Origin: Bacteroidales bacterium
Lineage (GTDB): Bacteria > Bacteroidota > Bacteroidia > Bacteroidales > GCA-2748055
Assembly (NCBI GenBank): GCA_029210725.1
Contig: JARGFM010000012.1
Coordinates: 36,956-100,955, forward strand
Direction of reading: 5' to 3'
DNA length: 64,000 nt
This document shows, in pieces, positions 45,730 to 55,194 of the stretch. The notes beneath the pieces are model-generated. The model ran no database searches and had not been told where the DNA came from. It saw only the letters and a list, made by a program, of their open reading frames with translations. Position numbers and translations under genes: made by a program. The number at the start of each line of letters is the position of its first letter. The stretch's first letter is position 1.

Positions 45730-46599
45730 ATGAGATTTTCTGAGGACCGCATCGAAAAACTGCACTGCAGCGACGGTATACTGCGCGACGTGCATATCTG
45801 GGAACCTGCCGGCCCCCGGGCCGTTTTTCTGACCCTGCACGGACTTATGGACCATGGTGGGAACTATAAAAACCCGGGCCTCTTTATGAAAGAGCAGGGT
45901 TATGCCCTGGTGGCGCCCGACCAGCAGGGACATGACCGGAAGAGGAAAGCACATGTTTCCCGCTTCGACCGCTACCTGGATGATCTGCAGCTGATGCTCG
46001 ACTGGGTAAAAGAGAATTACAAGGGGCTTCCCGTATTTATCATGGGGCATTCCATGGGTGGGTTGATGCTTACCCACTTTGGCATCAGACGCTTTCAGGG
46101 AGACCCTGCTGTAAAAGGATTTATTATGTCCGCCCCGGGCTATGAAAACAGCGTCCGGACCTCCGGATTCCTGATCGCGGTCGCAAAATTCCTGTCTGTG
46201 GCAGCCCCGAAAATGGCCGTTCCCATTGAGAATCTCAGGTTACATGTGACCCGGGATGAAGCCGAATACAAACGGATGCGTGAAGATGAAAAAGACGGGA
46301 TCCAGGCGACACGTATGTCGGCCCGCCTGGGAGCCGAGTTTTTAAAGGCCCAGGAGTGGGTTCCGGGACATATGGACCAATGGAAACATCCCCTGCTGGT
46401 TATTTTACCCGGGGCAGACAGGCTGATTAATCCGGAGGTGACCAGAAAACTGCTTTCGAAGATAGAGAAGGGATTGGTGACGGTTCTGGAGTACCCCGAT
46501 AATTATCATGAGAGCTTCAACGAGTTGAACCGGAAGGAGGTTTTTACCGCTGTCCTGGAGTGGTGCCAGGCACGGCTCTATGCGAACAAAGATTTGTAA
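45730..46599 (+). CDS. alpha/beta hydrolase (lysophospholipase / monoacylglycerol-lipase-like)
   Basis: 289 aa. LHGLMDHGG oxyanion region and the GHSMGG nucleophile elbow. Confidence 0.75.
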   Translation: MRFSEDRIEKLHCSDGILRDVHIWEPAGPRAVFLTLHGLMDHGGNYKNPGLFMKEQGYALVAPDQQGHDRKRKAHVSRFDRYLDDLQLMLDWVKENYKGLPVFIMGHSMGGLMLTHFGIRRFQGDPAVKGFIMSAPGYENSVRTSGFLIAVAKFLSVAAPKMAVPIENLRLHVTRDEAEYKRMREDEKDGIQATRMSARLGAEFLKAQEWVPGHMDQWKHPLLVILPGADRLINPEVTRKLLSKIEKGLVTVLEYPDNYHESFNELNRKEVFTAVLEWCQARLYANKDL

Positions 46600-46629
46600 T
46601 TGAATAAATTACATATTAAATTGTGAGCT

Positions 46630-46827
46630 ATGTATTATCTGATTGTACGTAATCTGGGTGCTCCCCGGTGCGTCGATCGAAATGAGGAGGATATTTACGA
46701 GGATGGAATGTCGTTCGACTGTACCCCGCACCTGGAATGTCATCCGGAGGAGTTCGTGAAAGAGGTGGAGATCCTCTGTATAGAACACCCCGAGGACCCA
46801 ATCGTAGCCATGGTATTCAGGGATTAA
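46630..46827 (+). CDS. small hypothetical protein
   Basis: 65-aa ORF in an otherwise empty gap. No recognisable motif. Confidence 0.3.
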   Translation: MYYLIVRNLGAPRCVDRNEEDIYEDGMSFDCTPHLECHPEEFVKEVEILCIEHPEDPIVAMVFRD

Positions 46828-46855
46828 ACTTTCCTTTCATATAAAATATGCCGGA

Positions 46856-48115
46856 ATGAAAAAGCCTGCTCTCCTTATAACAGGAGCCATATTTTTAATA
46901 GCTGTAAGTGGATGCACCTCGGTAAAACGGTTCAGAACGGCTGAGTTTAAAGGGATGGATAACCATCTGGCGGATGTGGAGCTGTTTAATGCCAGCTTGT
47001 CCGCTGAACCCGCCGCGATCCAGGAAAAAAACCTGTGGTCGCTGAGCGCCAATGCCCAGGCACGTCTGGTACAGATACTGGATGAAAGATACCCGGATAA
47101 TGAGCAGTTCATGAGTGCCATGGCCGGCACATACGGGTCCGCTATGTTTCCGGTGGAGGATTACACACGGAAAGATCTTCGAATGGTGTTTACTATTAGT
47201 AAGAGCCGTGACTACGCCAAATTGAATGATGCCGGAGAAAGGTTCTCTCCGGCCGACCGGATCGAATATCTCAGGCTTAGTTTGGAGATTCCGGAGGATT
47301 ACGGCCTGAGGTTTTTGGAATGGAACCGCTACTCCACCGAGTACGGGGAGATTGATATTGCAGATGTCAGTTTCTCCCGGAACCTGGATTTGTCAGTGGA
47401 AGGCAGTCCTGCAAGCCTGGACGTGGGATCAGAGGCTGCTCTGGGCAGGAATGAGAAGCAGGTGGTCAGCAAGCGTTATCTGAAACTGAATGGAAGCATC
47501 AGTGATCATAAAGCTGTGATCGAATCGGAGGGTACCCGGGAGCTTGATCTGACCGGGAATGTTATTGCCGATGTATCCCTTGCCTTTGCCGGTTTTCCGG
47601 AACTGATTGTGGTTCCGGTATTTGTGGATAGCGGAGAAGCTGCAGGGAGGGAAAAGGTGCTTGCTCTGAAATTTGTGGATGTGTTGGTTCCGGCCATGGA
47701 GGATGCGCCGGACACTCTGTTTGCGGAGCTCTCCATGGAGTATATCTACCGGCATGTGCAGTCGGGATGGAAGACCTTCGCCGAGTGGGACGATGGGGTC
47801 GAGTATTACCAGGGCAGCATCCGTAAACGGGTTCCTCTGTTTCTGAAGAAAGATTATCTGCCTCGGCTCTACTGCATTGGAAGCGACCTGGGAGAAAAGA
47901 AGACCCTGAAATTCCGGACCGGAACGGACAGGGAATACCAGTTGCAATTCATGGACCGCGGGGATGCCGGCCGTTTTCTGCAATGGCTGGAGGATCCCTT
48001 ACAAAGGCAGACTGAGCCGGTCTATATAGGAAGCAACGAGTTACTCTATAAAGGGATTCCCCTCACCCCCGGGGAGCTGATCCGGAACCGTTTGAAGGTC
48101 ATGCCGGTCTATTAG
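46856..48115 (+). CDS. hypothetical lipoprotein
   Basis: 419 aa. Lipobox IAVSGC. No recognisable domain. Confidence 0.5.
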   Translation: MKKPALLITGAIFLIAVSGCTSVKRFRTAEFKGMDNHLADVELFNASLSAEPAAIQEKNLWSLSANAQARLVQILDERYPDNEQFMSAMAGTYGSAMFPVEDYTRKDLRMVFTISKSRDYAKLNDAGERFSPADRIEYLRLSLEIPEDYGLRFLEWNRYSTEYGEIDIADVSFSRNLDLSVEGSPASLDVGSEAALGRNEKQVVSKRYLKLNGSISDHKAVIESEGTRELDLTGNVIADVSLAFAGFPELIVVPVFVDSGEAAGREKVLALKFVDVLVPAMEDAPDTLFAELSMEYIYRHVQSGWKTFAEWDDGVEYYQGSIRKRVPLFLKKDYLPRLYCIGSDLGEKKTLKFRTGTDREYQLQFMDRGDAGRFLQWLEDPLQRQTEPVYIGSNELLYKGIPLTPGELIRNRLKVMPVY

Positions 48116-48131
48116 GGCCGGGTTTGATCGT

Positions 48132-49106
48132 TTATTTCCCTCCGTACCAGAAACCGCGGTTCCAGCTGTGTTCCCGCAGCCGGACCAGGATCTCTTCGGA
48201 CAGATCGGGCAGGTCCGACACAGCAGTATTCATGATGGCCTGTTGTTTGTTCCGGATTCCCGGGATCACCGTGGATACGGCCTCGTGAGACAGGGCAAAT
48301 TTAAGTGCCAGTTCGGGCATGGAGTAGCCACTGTCCTTAAATTCTTTTTTAATCTTCTCGGTTCTGTGCACGCCCCGCTCCAGACGATCGCCGGCAAAGT
48401 AGTTGCTCCGGAAGTCGTCCGCACCAAAGCTTTCCTTGCCCGTATATTTTCCTGTCAACACGCCTTCATCGAAAGCAACCCGCACAATTATTCCGGTTCC
48501 TGTTTCTATCGCTACCGGAAAAAGCTGGGCCGCCGGTTCCTGCTCAAAAATATTGTAGATCACCTGCAGGACATCCACCATGCCCTCCCGCATAAGCTGT
48601 ATGACGCAGTTCTGATCATGTTCCGGCGTTGAAATACCCACCTGTTTGATCAGACCTTCAGCCTTCATCTTATGCAGGGTTTTCAGAGCCACCGGCTTAT
48701 CATTCCAGGCCCGGGTCCAGGTGTGCAGCAAGAGCACATCCAGGCTCTCGGTCTGCAGGTTGTTCAGTCGCTGCTCCACATTTTCGCGCAAATACTTTTC
48801 TGAATAGCGTTCCTCAATCTTGCAGTAGGGCGACGGGGGCCATTTTCCCGGGGCCGGCGGGGTTTTCGTGCAGACGTACACCTTTTCCGGCCTGGATTTC
48901 AGGAACTTGCCAATAATCCGTTCCGATTTTCCATCCCCGTAGCCTGCTGCGGTGTCGATGAAATTGACTCCCCGGTCCAGGGCGGTTGCCAGGCCTTCCA
49001 GGGAATCTTCCTCCGACTGTGCTCCCCAGCTGCCGCCGATGGCCCATGCTCCGAATCCGATCTCCGAGATCTCAGGACCTGTTTTTCCAAATACGCGTTT
49101 TTTCAT
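48132..49106 (-). CDS. aldo/keto reductase
   Basis: 324 aa. GFGAWAIGG, the FIDTAAGYGDGKSE motif, and an AKR-typical length. Confidence 0.85.
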   Translation of the reverse strand: MKKRVFGKTGPEISEIGFGAWAIGGSWGAQSEEDSLEGLATALDRGVNFIDTAAGYGDGKSERIIGKFLKSRPEKVYVCTKTPPAPGKWPPSPYCKIEERYSEKYLRENVEQRLNNLQTESLDVLLLHTWTRAWNDKPVALKTLHKMKAEGLIKQVGISTPEHDQNCVIQLMREGMVDVLQVIYNIFEQEPAAQLFPVAIETGTGIIVRVAFDEGVLTGKYTGKESFGADDFRSNYFAGDRLERGVHRTEKIKKEFKDSGYSMPELALKFALSHEAVSTVIPGIRNKQQAIMNTAVSDLPDLSEEILVRLREHSWNRGFWYGGK

Positions 49107-49202
49107 TTGCTGAAATTTTATTTAAAACTACAGCAATCGGCAGAATTCTGCAAAAAGGTTTTTATTATCTTTAGTCTCTCTCAACCATAAGAATCCGAAA
49201 GC

Positions 49203-49973
49203 ATGAAACAATCCAGGCCTTATTCCAGAAGAACCTTTTTTAAGAGCGCGGGTATGGGTGCTGCCGCCGTGGCAGGTCTGCCTTTCCTGGCTAAATCCTG
49301 TGTAACACACGCAGATAGGGTGAACGTACATGATTTTTTCTCGGAGGGGGACGTGGTGCTGTTCCAGGGCGACTCCATCACCGACGCGGGAAGAAGCCGG
49401 GAACAGGAACTGCCCAATCATGCAGGGTCCTTCGGTGGGGGATATGCCAGCCATATCGCTTCCTGGCTGCTGGCAGAGATGCCGGCCAGCCGGCTGAGCA
49501 TCTATAACCGGGGGATCAGCGGGAACAAGGTGTACCAGCTGGCCGAACGCTGGGACAGGGACTGCCTGGATCTGAAACCGGATGTACTGAGCATCCTGAT
49601 CGGGGTGAACGATTACTGGCATTTCCGGAACGGGAACTACGACGGCACTCCGGAAATCTACAAGAACGACTTCAGGAAGCTGCTGACGCGGACCAGGGAA
49701 GCCCTTCCCGGTCTGAAACTGGTCATCTGTCAGCCCTTTATCCTGACCGGGACCAGTGCGGTGGACGAATCCTGGGTGGAGCCCTTCAGCACCTACCAGG
49801 CCATTGCGAAAAAGATCGCGGACGAGTTCGGAGCGGTATGGGTGCCCTTCCAGGAGGCCTTTGACAGTGCCATCGAAGTAGCCGACCCGGCCTACTGGGC
49901 AGCCGACGGGGTACACCCCTCCATGGCCGGGGCCCAGCTGATGGCAAACACCTGGCTGGAAGCGCTGGTTTAA
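49203..49973 (+). CDS. exported SGNH/GDSL hydrolase
   Basis: 256 aa. Tat-like signal SRRTFFKSAGMGAAAVAG, block I GDSITD, and block V DGVHP. Confidence 0.75.
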   Translation: MKQSRPYSRRTFFKSAGMGAAAVAGLPFLAKSCVTHADRVNVHDFFSEGDVVLFQGDSITDAGRSREQELPNHAGSFGGGYASHIASWLLAEMPASRLSIYNRGISGNKVYQLAERWDRDCLDLKPDVLSILIGVNDYWHFRNGNYDGTPEIYKNDFRKLLTRTREALPGLKLVICQPFILTGTSAVDESWVEPFSTYQAIAKKIADEFGAVWVPFQEAFDSAIEVADPAYWAADGVHPSMAGAQLMANTWLEALV

Positions 49974-51043
49974 GACTTAGCAGCCTCGTTGTACTCCTGC
50001 TGGAGTTCGTCGAAAACCTCTTTTACCGTGGAGATGCGATGAATTCTTCCGGCATTGGCTCCGACAAAAGCAAAGCCATCTTTCAGATTTCCCCTGAATG
50101 CATTCACAAGAGCGTCTGAAATGCAGTAGAGGGTCGTTTTGGGATTGCAGGAGCGGATGCAGTTGTGCTGGCAGACCGCGGGCCTTCTTTGTCCATCGCC
50201 GGCTTCCTGCAAAAAGCGGTTGAAAATCGACCGGCCGGGCATGCCCACCGGGCTTTTGATGATCTGAATATCCTCTTCTTTTGCTTCTACAACAGCCTGC
50301 TTGAATTCTTCTGAGGCGTCACACTCTTCCGTGGCCACAAAACGGGTGCCCAGCTGAACGGCGCTGGCCCCCTTTTTCATGATTTCCAGGATATCTTTCC
50401 CGTTGAAGATGCCTCCTGCGGCGATCACCGGGATCTCTTTGTTGAATTTTTCCTTGATCTCCCCGGCTACCTTGACCACTTCTGCCACCAGGTTTTCCAG
50501 GGTATTCCCAACTTCTTCCAGGGCATTGGCCTTAAAGCCCAGGTGTCCTCCCGCCTTCGGACCCTCAACCACGAATGCATCCGGCAGGTAATTGTAATTC
50601 TGTTGCCATTTTTGTGCAATGATATTGGCCGCCCTTCCCGAGGAGACAATGGGAACCAGCTTTGTTTTGCTTCCCTTGGTCAGGTAGGAGGGGAGATCCA
50701 GCGGAAGTCCCGCTCCGGAAAAGATGATATCGATTCCTTCTTCGATGGAGGTTTTCACCATGTCTGAAAAATCGGTCAGTACCGACATGATATTTACTCC
50801 CAGTACCCCGGAGGTCAGGGTACGTGCTTTCCGGATTTCCCTCCGGACCCCTTCGATGTTCCCCTTCTTCCAGCCCAGCTTGCTCGGTAATCCGGTCTGA
50901 CCAATTCCCACGGTGGAAATAATCCCGATGCCACCCATATTGGCGACGGCCGAGGCAAGCTTCGACAGGGATATGCCAATACCCATCCCCCCTTGTATGA
51001 TGGGGACCTTAATTTCCAACTCTCCAATTTTCAGCGCTTTCAT
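49970..51043 (-). CDS. NAD(P)H-dependent flavin oxidoreductase (nitronate monooxygenase / FabK family)
   Basis: 357 aa. PIIQGGMG motif and an FMN TIM-barrel pattern (AAGGIFNG). Confidence 0.8.
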   Translation of the reverse strand: MKALKIGELEIKVPIIQGGMGIGISLSKLASAVANMGGIGIISTVGIGQTGLPSKLGWKKGNIEGVRREIRKARTLTSGVLGVNIMSVLTDFSDMVKTSIEEGIDIIFSGAGLPLDLPSYLTKGSKTKLVPIVSSGRAANIIAQKWQQNYNYLPDAFVVEGPKAGGHLGFKANALEEVGNTLENLVAEVVKVAGEIKEKFNKEIPVIAAGGIFNGKDILEIMKKGASAVQLGTRFVATEECDASEEFKQAVVEAKEEDIQIIKSPVGMPGRSIFNRFLQEAGDGQRRPAVCQHNCIRSCNPKTTLYCISDALVNAFRGNLKDGFAFVGANAGRIHRISTVKEVFDELQQEYNEAAKS

Positions 51044-51109
51044 GCTTATAGCCTTGATGAGTTGTCAAAAGTAATCCATATAATCCACCTTTATAGATTA
51101 TAGGGATGA

Positions 51110-52477
51110 ATGAGCATACTTAGGGATGGTTTCGCAAAAGGCTCCTATCTTTGTGGGATGAAGCCTAACTGCAACAAACCCTTCCCCGTTTCAAAGTTTC
51201 CTTTCTTTTATGGCTGGGTCATCCTGGCTGCCGGGACCTTCGGGATCCTCATGAGCATTCCCGGTCAGACCATGGGAGTATCGGTATTCACCGAAAGCCT
51301 GCTTTCTGACCTGCAGATTAACCGTAATCATTTGAGTCTGGCCTATCTGGTGGGGACTTTGGGTTCGGGACTGATGATTACCCGGGCCGGCAAGCTGTAT
51401 GACCGGTACGGGGCGAGGGTGATGGCATTTGTAGCCGGAGTGATGCTGGGAGTGATGTTGATCTACCTGACCCGCGTCGACCGGCTGGCAGCATCCATGG
51501 CGGAAGCCGGCTGGCTTTCTCCCGCATTGATCACTTTTATTCTGCTGGCCTTTGGATTCTGGGGCATCCGTTTTTTCGGGCAGGGACTGCTCACCATGGT
51601 TTCCCGGAACATGGTGATGAAATGGTTCAACCGGAGGCGGGGACTGGCCAACGCGGTGCTGGGGATCTTCTCGGCGCTGGGGTTCTCCGTGGCTCCAAAG
51701 ATCCTAGACCAGGTGATCCTCCGGCTGGAATGGCGGGGGGCCTGGATCTTCCTGGCTCTGCTGGTAGGAATTGCCTTTGCCCTGTTCGTTCTTCTAATCT
51801 TCCGGGATAATCCAAAAGACTGCGGATGTGAAGCTGACGGGAGGCTGAAACCGGACAAAGGAAGGCGAATGCCTCCCAGTTTGCCGGATCATGATTTTAC
51901 CCTTAAAGAAGCCAGGAAGACCCTGGCATTCTGGGTCTTTACCCTGGGTCTTTCTCTTTCTGCACTCTATATCAGCGGGCTCACCTTCCACGTGGTTTCC
52001 GTCTTCGAAGCCTCCGGCCTTACCCGGGAGATGGGGCTGGGCATCTTTATCCCAACCTCGCTGATTGCCGTAGGGGTCCAATTCCTGGGGAGCTACGCCA
52101 GTGACTATATACGCCTGAAGTTTATCCTGATACTTTTTGGTCTGGGTATGACCCTCTCCATGGTGGGCCTGACCTTGCTGGGAGGCACTCCTCTGGCTTA
52201 CTGGATGATCATCGCCGGGAATGGAGTGGTCTGGGGCCTCTATACGGTCCTGATCGGGGTTACCTGGCCCCGCTTCTATGGCCTGAAACATCTGGGGGCA
52301 ATTTCTGGATTTTCCCTGAGCTGGACCGTCATCGGCTCCGCCCTGGGCCCCTACATGTTCAGCGTATCCATGGATATTAGCGGCAGCTATGACCTGGTGG
52401 CCTGGATCTGTTTCGGGATCTCCATCCTGGTGGTAGCCCTGGCCTTTAAAGCTGATAATCCTGGCGTGCCGGGATAA
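51110..52477 (+). CDS. MFS transporter
   Basis: 455 aa, with about 12 hydrophobic segments in a 6+6 arrangement and a central loop. Confidence 0.75.
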   Translation: MSILRDGFAKGSYLCGMKPNCNKPFPVSKFPFFYGWVILAAGTFGILMSIPGQTMGVSVFTESLLSDLQINRNHLSLAYLVGTLGSGLMITRAGKLYDRYGARVMAFVAGVMLGVMLIYLTRVDRLAASMAEAGWLSPALITFILLAFGFWGIRFFGQGLLTMVSRNMVMKWFNRRRGLANAVLGIFSALGFSVAPKILDQVILRLEWRGAWIFLALLVGIAFALFVLLIFRDNPKDCGCEADGRLKPDKGRRMPPSLPDHDFTLKEARKTLAFWVFTLGLSLSALYISGLTFHVVSVFEASGLTREMGLGIFIPTSLIAVGVQFLGSYASDYIRLKFILILFGLGMTLSMVGLTLLGGTPLAYWMIIAGNGVVWGLYTVLIGVTWPRFYGLKHLGAISGFSLSWTVIGSALGPYMFSVSMDISGSYDLVAWICFGISILVVALAFKADNPGVPG

Positions 52478-52706
52478 AACGGGAAACCATGTCAGGCCGT
52501 TCAAGGGCAACTTGTATTCCAAGACATTTCTTAGTAAATTTCTTAGGCCTTTCAAACATAGAGCTTTCCTTTATGTAAGTCAGGGGGCGAAGCTGTTGAA
52601 GTACGCCAGCTTAGGTCCACCGTTCCGCTGCTGGGAAAAATATAATAATGCTTGATAAGGATCATAAAACTGATATCTGAGATATCCTGCCTAATACCTC
52701 ACTCAC

Positions 52707-53091
52707 ATGAAAAGTTCAATTGCATTACTGCTGCTACTTTCTATAATAAGCTGTTAGATTCCCAAGAGAAGAATTCATTAAGTACAGAGAGGAAACACTT
52801 CAGGAAATTGCTGGTTCAGACAGTACACAAAAGTCTGAACTTGAGGAAGCAATGGAAGCCGCTAATAATGCAAACCTAAGGAAGCAAATAGAATATGTTA
52901 GGAATAATCCTGATTCCCCAATATCCCCATATTTGCTAGCCAGGAATTTCTTTGGTTTTCCTATTGAAGAAGCGGAGATTATCCTAAGTAACTTTTCTTC
53001 TGAGAATAAGAAAACAGCAATCTGCATTTCATTACAGGAGAAACTAGATATGCTGAAAGCATACAGTAACAGTACATCGATTACAGAATAA
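52707..53091 (+). pseudogene. remnant of a small lipoprotein gene (signal peptide and body in different frames)
   Basis: The ATG at 52707 encodes MKSSIALLLLLSIISC and then hits TAG. The +1 frame continues RFPREEFIKY...NNPDSPISPYLLARNFF...EKLDMLKA to the stop at 53091. The body resembles, from memory, the linker region of TlpA-like thioredoxin lipoproteins, but no thioredoxin domain follows. Confidence 0.3.
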
Positions 53092-53345
53092 AACAGATTC
53101 ACACTTAATTCCATTCATTCCATGCAACCAATAAATAGATCTGATCCGCAAACCCTAAAGGTCAGGGGATATGATTTGAAATGTCCGGTTTACCAAAATA
53201 CCTTGTTCTGGAGCAGGCGGGTTCAGCTGAACACTGCCGTAGCCTCGTTTTTCAACCTTGACTGGGCCAACAGAAGTGCCACCTGTTTCATTTGTGCCGA
53301 TTGCACGCACATATCCTGGTTTTTCGGCCGTCAGTAATAAAGCTC

Positions 53346-53913
53346 ATGAATATGAATAAAAGGAATTTATCGCCTGAACAGAAGGGAGCACTGCTCGGCA
53401 TTTTAAAGGATCGTTTTGAGAAGAACAGGAACCGCCAAGAGAATCTTGGATGGACAAAAGTCCAGACGAGGATGGAAGCAAATGCTGAGAAGCTCTGGTC
53501 GCTGAATGAAATGGAACGGACCGGCGGTGAACCGGATGTCGTCGGTCAGGATAATGCGACGGGCGAATACATTTTTTATGATTGTTCAGCGGAGAGTCCC
53601 AGGGGAAGGAGAAGTGTCTGTTATGACGACAGGGCGCTGGAGTCAATTAAAGAATTCAAACCTAAAGATTCCGCTATGGGAATGGCTGAGGCCATGGGCG
53701 TTGAGGTTCTTACGGAGGAAGAATACAGGGAGCTGCAGAAACTTGGAAACTTCGATTTGAAAACATCGAGCTGGGTGAAAACGCCCGCTGATATCAGAAA
53801 ACAGGGGGGGTGCTATCTTTTGCGATCGTCGTTATAATACGGTTTTCAGGTATCATAACGGAGCCGAATCCTACTATGCCGCCAGGGGATTCCGGGGCTC
53901 GCTCAGGGTCTGA
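53346..53913 (+). pseudogene. DUF4256-like protein with +1 frameshift in a G7 run (53804-53810)
   Basis: Frame A ends ...ADIRKQGG. Frame B continues AIFCDRRYNTVFRYHNGAESYYAARGFRGSLRV to the stop. Removing one G joins them. The family assignment is from memory. Confidence 0.6.
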
Positions 53914-53955
53914 GTTTTGGCTTTCGCAAAGAAGGACTAAAAACAACGGAGACTA

Positions 53956-55194
53956 ATGACAGAAAGACTGAAAGATCTGTTTTTTTCAAATGAATTCATT
54001 AAGGAACTGGGAGAGGCCATTAAGGAAGTCTATCCCGGATTTGATATGGCTGAGTTCAACAGCCTGGTTTATGCGGATGATTGGGGAAGCCAGGAGCTGA
54101 AGCAGAAGATGCATCATGTTACCAGCTGTCTGGCAGAAACATTGCCCGTGGATTACCGGGAAGCCCTGGCCATACTGACTGAAATTGCTCCCCGGTTCGG
54201 GGGATTTAATGCCCTGGTCTTCCCGGATTTTGTGGAAATGAAAGGATTGGATCATTGGGAATTATCGCTTCCTGCTCTGGCTTTATTTACAGGTTTGTGC
54301 AGTTCGGAATTCGCTGTTCGTCCTTTCCTGCTGAAGGATCCGGAAAGAACCATGCCTTATCTGGAGGAATTGGCCAGGGAAAAAAACCTTCACCTGCGCC
54401 GGTTGGCCAGTGAGGGTTGTCGCCCCCGTCTTCCGTGGGCCAAGGCATTGCCCATGTTTAAAAAGGATCCGGCTCCCATCTTCCAGATATTGGAAATATT
54501 GAAGGAGGACCCGGAGGAATATGTGCGAAAGAGCGTGGCCAATAATCTGAACGATATCTCCAAGGACCATCCGGATAAGGTGCTGGATGTTTGTGAAAGG
54601 TGGTACGGCCATCATAAGCACACGGATTGGATCGTGAAAAGAGCCTGCCGTACCCTGCTGAAGGAGGGGAACAAGCGGGCTTTAATGCTTTTTGGTTTTT
54701 CCGATCCCGGGGAAATAATTGTAGAGAATTTATCATTCGATCCACAATCAATTTCCATTGGCGCCGCATTGAAGTTTTCCTTTGAGATTAAGCTTAGAGA
54801 TCCGGGAATCCAACGGGTGAGGCTGGAATATGGAGTGGATTATGTCAAAGCCAATGGGAAGACCTCGCGCAAGATATTTCAGATTAAGGAGGCTGACTTT
54901 GAAGCCGGGAGCTACCCCATTACCAGGAAGTATTCCTTTGAGGATATGTCGACCAGGAAGCATTATCCCGGAAAGCATCTATTCACCATTGTAGTAAACG
55001 GGGTCGGGAAGGCAGAAGGGATCGTTGATCTCTATTCGGGCTCCGAGTGCCGGCAAAATGCAAAGTTGGGATTCATCCTTATTCCAGCAGGATCACTGAT
55101 GCGATCTCATCCGGGGCTTTGGCTGGCAGGCTCAGGAGCATGCCGCCATCTTTCGGTTTCATCTCCAGCTCCATTTTCCCATCCAGCAGGGTAG
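53956..55194 (+). CDS. DNA alkylation repair protein (AlkD-like HEAT-repeat family)
   Basis: 412-aa ORF. RRLASEGCRPRLPWA and VRKSVANNLNDISKDHP motifs. The last 116 nt or so overlap the convergent fucosidase gene, so the tail may be read-through past a lost stop. Confidence 0.7.
   Translation: MTERLKDLFFSNEFIKELGEAIKEVYPGFDMAEFNSLVYADDWGSQELKQKMHHVTSCLAETLPVDYREALAILTEIAPRFGGFNALVFPDFVEMKGLDHWELSLPALALFTGLCSSEFAVRPFLLKDPERTMPYLEELAREKNLHLRRLASEGCRPRLPWAKALPMFKKDPAPIFQILEILKEDPEEYVRKSVANNLNDISKDHPDKVLDVCERWYGHHKHTDWIVKRACRTLLKEGNKRALMLFGFSDPGEIIVENLSFDPQSISIGAALKFSFEIKLRDPGIQRVRLEYGVDYVKANGKTSRKIFQIKEADFEAGSYPITRKYSFEDMSTRKHYPGKHLFTIVVNGVGKAEGIVDLYSGSECRQNAKLGFILIPAGSLMRSHPGLWLAGSGACRHLSVSSPAPFSHPAG

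Noticed and set aside
52852-53337. Treating the 79-aa (52852-53091) and 71-aa (53122-53337) ORFs as intact small genes.
   Set aside because: The first continues upstream in frame without a start and connects by a 1-nt shift to a lipoprotein signal peptide. The second has no motif and is mirrored by a start-less ORF on the opposite strand. Both look like remnants rather than functional genes.
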